64,000 nt of DNA from Adineta vaga (lineage: Eukaryota; Animalia; Rotifera), in the NCBI GenBank assembly GCA_021613535.1, contig CP075496.1:11098001-11162000 (forward strand), written 5' to 3'. Shown here one piece after another: positions 19,421 through 29,416 of the stretch (its first letter is position 1; every line of letters starts with the position of its first letter). The notes beneath the pieces are model-generated. The model was not told the origin of the DNA, ran no database searches, and saw only the letters and a list, made by a program, of their open reading frames with translations. A program made the position numbers and the translations under genes.

Positions 19421-20789
19421 GTCTGACAATTGTTCACTATAATGTGTTTTTGTTTACTAAAACACGTAATATTATCCCGTAGTAGATGAATACGAAAGTT
19501 TGAAAACACTATTGATATTTTATTGCACAATTATTGAATTATATACAAATACTAATAACAGACAGGTAAATAAATATACGTCATTTCACCATGGTAGATG
19601 ACGAATAAGTGTTTACTTTTACTCACATGTTTAAGGTAAGAATAAATCAATGCACGATTTTTTCCTGATCGATGACTAACACGGTCATGCAAAATTTTTT
19701 TGTTAATCCCACATGTGGTTTAAAATAAGATTATCATGCATATTCGCAAGTATCAATGTTATGGAATTACATTCAATTAAAAAGGAAGCATTTTAAAACT
19801 ACTGAGAATAGTATCCTATTCGTTAAGCCAAAGAGTTCATTCATTCACTTGTGTATATACGTGATTTCTTCCATTGAAAAAATGAAATAGCACGTACAAG
19901 AAAACATCGACTTTTCGAATACTCCAATACCGTATTGACGTGGTTCTGTTGTAAAAAATAAAATTAGAATTTAGTCTGTCACTTTTGTTTTAGTATAATC
20001 TAAGTTTTTATCTTCTGCGCGTTTACATTTCGATTCATCATATTCTTGAAGTACTTAATGAATTAATTTTCGTTGATTTTATGAGAGATAGACAATGTCT
20101 TTTGTTTGACCTACTCGATATTGAAACAATGAAACCTAGAATATTTCCAGAAAATATATCAAACAAAATTGTTGGCATAATTTCGAAAAAGAATTTTCCG
20201 TCTAAAATCAAAAGTAAAACTTTAGAAAAATCTTATTCACCATAATCCTGTTATTTAATGACAAGTCGATTTTTCCCTTTGCTTTTATAATGTAGCAAAG
20301 AAAACAATTTTCAATCACTTTATATGAGTCATAATTTTTATCTTTTCTGTTCTTCTTTATGGTTGAATTATCATATAATGCATCAATATCAATAGATACA
20401 TTAATTTAACTCATAGGAATATACCCATGGTTGTTTTTTTCCCAGCTACAATAGTTTGTCTATCATAACGTTATAAAAGTGAATGAGGTTCGATGACACA
20501 ATGCAGTTTAAAAAAATATATGTCTACACAAATAAAATCGACGATAACTATGTCAAACTGGGAAATTCTTATATCATTTGGTTTATAGATGTTGCATAAT
20601 ACGACAGAATCTTCAGCAAAGATAAGACAAATAAACCAATTGAAATTCTCATTGGATAATTTCATATATGATTGAAACTTTAAATAACTTGTAATTATAA
20701 TCAATGAAATATTTTATCTCTACTTTAGATATATCTTCATTTTATAGATACTACGTAATATTCGGTATTGACAACGTATATATCTGATA

Positions 20790-21854
20790 ATGACTAATAA
20801 TTTAAAAAATATTACTCAAGATAAATCAAATGCTGGTGAACATATACATTATGGTCATTTCTCATTGAAAGATGACGATAAATCTCAAGATATAAGAACA
20901 ATTGTTCGTTCAGATAGTCATGATACTTGTAAAGACACATTAAGACGCATTCGATCAGATAGTTCACCTACAAAAATGTATACTTTATACATGTCAATTC
21001 CAATCAGACAACCACACAATCCAAACTTTTTCACACGACATATGGATCAAGATGAAAAGTTAGTTAAAATTGTTACCATTGCAGACACATATAATCATTA
21101 TTGTAATCGTGAATTTGATCGTAAAATTCGACAAATTCAAGGAGATATTTTAATTCATGCTGGTAATTTTAGTAATGGACAAACAACTTCAGAAATTATA
21201 GATGCTATTGCTTGGTTATGTTCATTGTATAACTTCAAATATAAAATTTTCATCGCTGGTAATATAGATGGAATTATTTTAGATGGTGTTCATCCTAAAG
21301 ATTTACAAGACAAATATAAAGAATTGAATCCACGCAGTAAAAATGTATTCTATTTAGAAAATAATATGATGAATTTTCTTGGAATTAATATTTATGGTTG
21401 TCCATATACATCCAAACATTACGGTGGTTTTCAATATTTACCTGAATCACAAGAAGCACGAAAATTATGGGAGAAAATTCCACACAATTGTGATATTCTC
21501 ATTTCACATGGACCACCTGCAGGTATTTGGGACAAAACTTCAAAAGGTATATCAGTGAACTACAAAGAATTTAAATTATACTTTTACTTTCTATATTACA
21601 TAGGTGAACATATTGGTTGTCATGTCTTACGAGACGCAATCGAACAAAGACCATCTTTAAAAGCTATCATATTTGGTCATGTTCATTCTTCTTACGGTTC
21701 TACACAAATAGACAAGAAATGGTTTATCAATACTTCTCAATATCATGGCATATTTCATTACGATAAAGAAAATCAACCATATGAAATTGGCATACGATGT
21801 TCTGATAAAAAAATTACTAGTGTTAATATTATTTCTTCTCAAATACTAGATTAA
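20790..21854 (+). CDS. Calcineurin-like metallophosphoesterase (MPPED/239FB-like) with degenerate metal motifs; probable 57-nt in-frame intron 21547-21603
   Basis: IADTYN, GDILIHAGNFS, KIFIAGNID, IYGCPY, ILISHGPP, IFGHVHSSYG. Confidence 0.85.
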   Translation: MTNNLKNITQDKSNAGEHIHYGHFSLKDDDKSQDIRTIVRSDSHDTCKDTLRRIRSDSSPTKMYTLYMSIPIRQPHNPNFFTRHMDQDEKLVKIVTIADTYNHYCNREFDRKIRQIQGDILIHAGNFSNGQTTSEIIDAIAWLCSLYNFKYKIFIAGNIDGIILDGVHPKDLQDKYKELNPRSKNVFYLENNMMNFLGINIYGCPYTSKHYGGFQYLPESQEARKLWEKIPHNCDILISHGPPAGIWDKTSKGISVNYKEFKLYFYFLYYIGEHIGCHVLRDAIEQRPSLKAIIFGHVHSSYGSTQIDKKWFINTSQYHGIFHYDKENQPYEIGIRCSDKKITSVNIISSQILD

Positions 21855-21899
21855 ACATTCCAATTTCAATTCAATAACAATGTTTCAGTTGTTTATAAC

Positions 21900-22460
21900 A
21901 ACCTAGATGAACAGAAAACATATTTCAGAACAGCTAAAACAATGAAATGAGTCGATGAATGTGTTTTCTCTGATTGTGTATAGAAATGTTTTAAATTTTG
22001 TAAGATTATAATATTAAACGAGATAATTCCAACCAACTGATTCATATGTAATTTCTGATTCTAAAGATGCAGCAAGATATAAATAAGTTATTTATTATTG
22101 AAATAAAGACCAAAAATATTCTGTATCAAATAACAATTGTATAAATTCATGTTTTGTGTCTAAATGATACAAGTTTGATGATATTTCAAGTATATTTTCT
22201 AAATATTTAGGATCTTTTGGTAAATCAGACCATAGAAATTTAGAAAGATGAATGCATTCAGAAATCTCTACAAAATAAATCAAAAATTGTTGGTGTGAAT
22301 CGAAAAATTCAATCTTACTTAATTGACACTTTTGGTTAATTCGTAAAGAAAGTATTTGTAATCATTGTGATTATTTTAGAATAGGAAAGATATCAAGAAT
22401 ACATGATAGAACATCACATAAAGATGAAAAGTGAATAGCAATTATTGCCTGATACAGAAG
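21900..22460 (-). pseudogene. Degenerate fragment of an LRR-like repeat gene
   Basis: Leu/Ile-periodic segments (YLENILEISSNLYHLDTK, LQILSLRIN) interrupted by stops; the family assignment is by eye only. Confidence 0.3.
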
Positions 22461-23439
22461 TTCATTCAGTAGTTTATAATTAGAAAAAATTGCTATTTTA
22501 TAATCCAATTTTAATACTAATACCATAGAAACCGCCATTAGCAAAACTGAAAATTGATGTTAAATTTGCTTTTAATGAAAATCTAATATAGGCAGGTAAA
22601 ACAGTGATTAAAGGATTATCTGTAACAAGACTAATTGTACCTTGTTCATATGATGTTCATTTATCTATGGCTCGATTATTCTCTAAAAGAAAAAAAACAA
22701 TAATAACTCATTAATCGTTCACTCTTTTGAAGAATTCGACGAACGTTGAAAAGCACGATTATATATAATTTTACCATATAAACATCCTCATTACCACTAT
22801 TGATATTTGCTTCAAGGATAACACCATGCATTGTTGATGGAATTGATTGACCACCATTTTATTCATAGAAAAACTTTATGAGTGCGATAGACTTCAATCG
22901 ATACGTAATTCAGACAAAATCTTAAAACGAAATGTTTTTCTTTATAATTTTCTTTGTAGAAATTTATCATTAATAATAAGAGGCTTTCTAGTTTTTCGTT
23001 TGACTGAATATTTGGGATATGGATGTGAAGCAATATTGAAACGATTAATAACTCTTATTTCATTAATAGTATTATTTTATTTTCTGTCGTTGATTTAAAT
23101 TCCTAATCAGATGGTTACAACGATGAAATCTGTTCCTGATCGTTGATTTCGAAAATAGTCTCGGATTTCTCTTGTGAAGTATTCATTTTAGTATCACAGG
23201 TATAATTAGCGTTTATATTGGTTCATAGGCGAGTATGGACAAATACGTAATTGACTGGATTTCTTGAACGAAGAAACATGATCGATCCAAAATCCAAGTT
23301 CAAAGAAACAAATGTGAATGATGCTAGACCATGAAAAACTCTCATCGGTCCAAGTCTCATTATCACAAATGATTGTGTCATTGAATGATCCTCGAATTTT
23401 ACAAACTTGTTTGTTTGACGTTAGAATCCATCGCGTATC

Positions 23440-23736
23440 GAATACTTTTGAGTTTTGGGGGAATTTCGAAAAAATGTTTTTTTGACCTTTGACCCTTCAC
23501 TCCACCCTACCCTAGTGTTATTTTTCAATGTTTTCAATCATTTTTAAGATAATGTTTTTTTGACCTTTGAACTTTGACCTTCGATCCTTCACCCACATCC
23601 CGCCCTCACCTATTACTCCACTCATACCGACACCCGAATAATTTTTTAGTATGGGACCCTTCACCCTGACACAGACACACACATACACAAACTATTTTTT
23701 TCCATATGACCCTCCTTTCAGTGGAGGGAATCAGTT
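23440..23736 (+). mobile_element. 3' part of a non-autonomous Helitron/Helentron-like element
   Basis: Internally repeated TGACCTTTGA(C/A)C blocks, an ACAG/ACAC microsatellite (~23669-23690) and a terminal GC-rich hairpin CCCTCC-N7-GGAGGG (23710-23728); locally higher GC. Confidence 0.5.
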
Positions 23737-23772
23737 AAATATTATATTATATTCTTTACCTATTGATTTGAT

Positions 23773-25027
23773 ATGACAGATAACAAAGATCAAGATTCGA
23801 CATATAATGAATTAGATCAACAACGTTTATTAAAACTTCAACAATATATTCGATTGTATCTAGAAAGAAAAAAATATGCTCCCATGTATGAAAACATGTA
23901 ATAGATTTTTTAATTCTTAATTACCATTGTTTTTAGGGTTCGAAATTTAACAATGATTTTATGCTTACATATTCAAGTATTATCGTTGATGAACCTTATT
24001 GAAGAAATATCTATAAAAAAAGGATAAAACAGAATACGGCAAAATAATTGAATCAATAAAAAAATCTATTCGTCAGTTAGCAAAAAGTGCCGAAGGTATG
24101 TTCCATTCTAAAATTTATAAAGTTAATGCTTTATTTCCTTTAAGGATTCTACATTAACAGCAACAAAATTTGATGAAGCATATAATATAATAATTTTGTC
24201 GCTTGATTGTGAATTTTCAAGATTAAAACAGATTTTTATGAATGAAGAATCCACTGAGTTACAACAAAAATTTGAACAAATACATGTAAATTCATATAAA
24301 TTATTCGTTTAAGATAAAATGAACATCGTATCTTTTTTAGAATGAATATGAGAATGAAAAATTTAAAAAAAGTTTTGGAACAGAAGAACAATCCAAACAT
24401 TTAACTTCTGAACATCCGAAAAAGTATAATATTTATCGTATTCGACAAAGTATTACAACAACCTTTGGTCTTTTGTCATCAATCCAATCAAATACAAATA
24501 CTTCACACTCGTCGTCATCATCATCATCACAGGCCCGACAAAAATCTGATCATGATACGAAACATTAATGTTTAGTGTGGGAGATCGAAAAAAATTATGT
24601 TACATTTTTGGCCATTACGAGATTTAGCAATAAAGATCCATCAATTAAAGGTAAAAATGGAGTTTTTCCTATATTGGATAGAACATATTTGCTGAAACGT
24701 CTTATATCAATTGGCTCAACGCGAGAACTTCCTGGACAAAAATCAATTACAGCATTCAAAAAGTCAAATATTCCGAGTGATTTAAATGGGTACCTCGTTT
24801 TAATTCCTACTGTCGCTGCAGAGAATGTTAAATGGGAAGATCATTATCCATATTATTTTAGTCAAAGTGATCTGATGTATATCAATTTCCGGCTTGCACA
24901 ATTATCCAAAGATATTGATATTGAAGATTATTCAACTTCCGAATCAAGTTCATCTGTACCAACATCTCGACTCGAATTCGAACGAATAAAAGATTGGATG
25001 CTGAACAATAAGCTTGAAAAGACATGA
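23773..25027 (+). pseudogene. Chimeric gene or pseudogene: myosin VI-like IQ/lever-arm segment fused to an unknown C-terminal domain
   Basis: LLKLQQYIRLYLERKKYAP followed by helical KDKTEYGKIIESIKKSIRQL...TKFDEAYNIII, with no motor domain; frameshift in an A-run near 24020 and in-frame TAA at 24566-24568. Confidence 0.5.
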
Positions 25028-26346
25028 GTAACTGCACATAAACCACAACCAGACTTGTGACTTGTGTGTACTTGCTCATATACAACAACACTAATATGTA
25101 TACTTTTTTTACAAGTACATTCGACAACAATGACAATGTAGCCATTGACGAAAATGATACTTCATCACCGAACATCGAAATTATTACAAAAACAAACAAT
25201 GATAATACAAGTCGTGTAAGAATCAAACATTTTTTAATGCGATGTGAAGAATGAGCTATAGTGATAAATTTCTTAGATAAACGATAATATTATTTTTTAT
25301 TCAAATTAATATGATTTAAAAGAAAATACAGTTTTCTCTCATTCAGACGTCGAATTAATTAATTATGCTAAAATCTGCATAAGATTATCAATATTCAAAG
25401 AACTAAAGATTTATCATTAATAAATTGGTTATCTGCTTTATTTCGAACTATAAATAAATCCGCAAAATTCCATCATCTTCGTCATTAACATAAATCCATC
25501 CATACTTTTCATTTCGTTATCTTTATTTTTGAAAATCATTCCTCACATCCATCATCTTTCATTTCCACAAAAACATACCATTCCTTTCGAAAGTACTGAT
25601 ATCATAATATCTATTTTCAATATAATATTTTAGCGAATGCTAATCGCACAGCATTCCGCAGCCGAGTAAAGCTCGAGTATCGTCCAGTTAATGATATTTA
25701 TTCTCTATATTTGAGATTGATGTTATATCAATGAACAATGAATTTTCGCATGTGGTATCCGATGTTCCTGATCAACTTGAGTATTTTAATTCAAATGTCG
25801 ACATCAATTCATCCGTATGTTTAACTAATTTAACACTAGTTGATGTTCACTGTTTGGTTGATGTAAGTTAAATAGTAGATTTTAAATGCTTTTGACTCTG
25901 ATATTACTAATCAGTATCGTTCTAATACTATTGCGAAAAAGCAATGAGTGATCAATAACTTTTTATGATGTGCCAAAAATCAGTATTCTCTGTCCAGTTC
26001 TACGACTTCATTCTGATCCACCCGGATGGTATTATGTATCGGCATGGATTTAATCGATCAGTAAAATAGATAAAATGATCAGTTATTAAATGAAACCTCT
26101 CTTTAATAAATTATATGATTAGAAAATAAAATATTTTAACGGTCAGTTATACTAAACAATCAGTAGAAAAGTCAAAACAGACTAGGGTGTATTCGAGTTG
26201 TCGTTTGTTTAATTTCTTGAGGGTGTGGGTAACAATGGTAAATATATTGAATACTGATCCCACACTTTCACCCTCATTCAAATAAATCTTGTTTTTTCTT
26301 TGCTCAAAACGTCGTTTATTATTTTATGTTTACCTTTATTTTGTAG

Positions 26347-27593
26347 AATATTGAACCAATTGATTTGAAAACAAACACATCGAATTTCATTACATCTAGG
26401 AATAAAATTTCGTTGATTCTTGTGGCATAATATTTCATCATTTTTTCTCTACGACGAATCTTTTCTACTGTTTAGATTCCATCATATGGTAATACAAAAT
26501 GGATATCAGATCAAATTGATTTGAAAATGGAAGAAATTAGTTTCCGATATGAACATTTTATTCTTTTTCGTGATGTGGCTTCCGAATCTGAGAAAATCTT
26601 GGTAAAAGAAAAATTCATTTGTTTAAAAATAATATCAATTTGAATAATTTAATAGAGAATGATTTTACGTGTAGATGTATCTCATGTACCATATCGTTTA
26701 TTATTATATTCACCATTTTCAATTGTTAATTATACCGAGTTAAAGATTGAATTTCAGGTAGAAAGAATACTTTTTTAATATGAAATTGTAAAATTGTATT
26801 CGATTTTAAATAGATTGGGAATAGTCGAATGTTTATTAGTACTTCTCAAACACCAGTTCTAGTTTGTACAGAAAAATTCGAAAGTGAAGATAATAGAAAT
26901 GTAAATATCCAATCAAAATCAAAACAAATTTATATTTCATTATGACATAGGGTCAATTTCGTCTTTATAATGTCGAAGAAGATATCACAATGACAAATTG
27001 GTCGAAAAAATTCTCACTTGATGCTATTAAAAGTATCGATATGATATCGTGTCAAACAGCGAATGATCGTACATATATGGTAAATAAATTTCATTTTTTA
27101 ATGAACATAAAATATGTTTATAAATAGATTTGTGTGGATATTCTTACATCTTCATCGGGTTTGACCATAAGTATTAGATTGACACTAGCAGTACTTCTTA
27201 TAAACAAATCCATTCTACGTTTTTAACAAAGTCTTGTTTCTCAATTAAGAATTATTGTTTGTTTTAAGATTTCGATTGAAATAATTGAAATAGAATTAGA
27301 CAAAGGACAAAACAAATGGATATTGGTGCACCCGGAACAAGCACTTTTATTATTACGTCTATTAAGCATTCAATTCTTACATTTTCTTTTAGATGATTCC
27401 ATTATGGCTGCGCAATCTAAAAAATTGTTTCACACGTATTCGTTATGCACATAATCATGTAACATCTGATCCATTTCCAATTGACGAAGAACGTCAAATA
27501 CGTTTACCTATGAATTACAGCGAATATCCGCTTATTAGTGTCAACATCAAGCACGATCATTTGAATGGAATCAAAGTTATGTTTGAAGACTAA
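26347..27593 (+). pseudogene. VPS13A/C-like gene fragment (SHR-binding/VAB repeats) retaining introns
   Basis: Spliced LLLYSPFSIVNYTELKIEFQ, WSKKFSLDAIK, ICVDILTSSSGLT, KWILVHPEQ|MIPLW, IKVMFED*; no other VPS13 regions nearby. Confidence 0.75.
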
Positions 27594-27699
27594 GACACTC
27601 ATATTATATCATCATCTTTTTTTAAAACTATTTCGTATTAATAATAAATTTAAAAAAATATAGTTTCATAACTATATTTCGATATCCATTGTCGAATAC

Positions 27700-28460
27700 C
27701 TTGTGTTAAAATGTCTGGTTGAAGGATTATCCCAACTGTTACAAATGCAACCAAAAACTTCCACATTGATAAATGGTTTGAAACAGATACAATTAATGAT
27801 TCGGATAAGTGACACTCTTTTTCAGTCCAAAAATAAAGATATTTTAATGAAAAAAATGTTGATGCTAACTGAGATATTGAAGAAGTTATCGATTGAAATA
27901 TATCTGATGAATGTACAATAATACATGAATGAGTAATGTGATGTTTTAAAGTATCCCAAACTAATTGATTCTTCCATAATAATTCAAATAATTCATCGCC
28001 AATATTTCTGAAGTATTAAGATTTGGTAAAACTTCAATTCATTTATAAAAATCATTCATTATTGTTATTGTAGTAAGACGAAATAATTTACAAAGTTGAT
28101 ATGTTTCTGCAAAAACTTATTTTTATTTTAGAACAATTCCTAATAAATCTTCTTACTTGATATGAGATTTTTACTTAATTGTAAACATAAACGATTTAAA
28201 TGATATTATTTTGAAATAATTGAAAATATTTGACTAATTTCTTATGGTACTGAATATAAATGTCAAAGTTTTGTTTTTGCTAATGAACATGGAAGAACTA
28301 GACCTTCGAAATGAAATGATGATAACAGAGAAAAAATTCTATTTTCATCATCTAGATCAATATCAGCATAACCATCAATATTAATTGCAAGATATTCAAG
28401 ATTAAAAAAAAAGGTTTTAAAATTAATTCTAATTCAGAAAAAATCCATTGATAACGAATC
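27700..28460 (-). pseudogene. Degenerate LRR-like gene remnant
   Basis: FFNLEYLAINID, HLYSVP, VLPNLNT segments broken by multiple stop codons. Confidence 0.35.
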
Positions 28461-28465
28461 GATTG

Positions 28466-29300
28466 TAGAGTAAGGTGGGGTGTTTGTGCAAAAATATTAG
28501 TGTATCTCAGTATAATGACTATAAATTTACTAATATCAGTTATTTTGAAAAACTTTCTTTACAAGTTATCTAGTTAAGCATATGCTCTATTGATTAATGA
28601 AAATTGCTTCTCAAAATCTTGTCTGTAAACCTATCGGCATCGGGTTCTTTAAAGACGAGTTTTTGATTTTTTAATTCTCCTACTGTGTTCAAATCGATAA
28701 ACCCGCTTCCCCTCTTAGGGTAAATGTATAATCCTAGCAATTTTTCTTTGTCCCGTAAAACCTAAGTTTTGCAGGATTCTTATGGGTTTTCTCGGTTATT
28801 CAAACGTGAAAAATATCGAATCTTGTTGTAAAGGTAATACCGCAAAAATAATTACAATGAGTTCATGCGCTGTTTTCCGTACATGTACGACAATATTTGA
28901 TCGTCCTTTCCTTATCTGATCCCGCTATAAACTCTAAAAAAATTGAATTTTTGCCGAAACTAAAAGGTTTTCCATGCTTCCACCAATCTATTTTAAGTTT
29001 GGTAAGATCGAGAAGGTTTGGCTGGTGAGAAGAAAAGCCATCTGAAGGTTTTCTATGTGATACGTGAAACCACTGATAGTTCTGTAACATGTTCACAAAA
29101 CCAACAGTGATTTCGCAGGCGGGCGATAGGTTTAGTCTATTTTCTATCAAAATATTCTTAGTTTTGTAGATCAGCTGCTAGTTCAGGATATTTTACACCA
29201 TACTATCGACGGTTCGTCAGTTTTCGAAAAGTTCAGCATGTTCACTAGTAAACTCGTTGTGGTTCTGTATATCTCCTACTGATACAATGACAGATCATGT
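28466..29300. mobile_element. Possible DNA-transposon remnant
   Basis: Begins TA-GAGTAAGGTGGGG with a similar TAGGGTAAA motif near 28716 (TIR-like starts); GC is higher than the flanks; no matching right TIR identified. Confidence 0.3.
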
Positions 29301-29416
29301 CAATACCAAAATCAATACCAATACTATGCTATATATAGGTACAAAAAACAGTAATTTATTACAGATAATATTAACAAGATGAACACACACATATGGTGCT
29401 TTCATGAACATATGAA

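Noticed and set aside
28863-29150. 95-aa ORF as a possible viral or transposase gene
   Set aside because: No recognisable motif and a non-ATG start; kept only as part of a low-confidence TE remnant.
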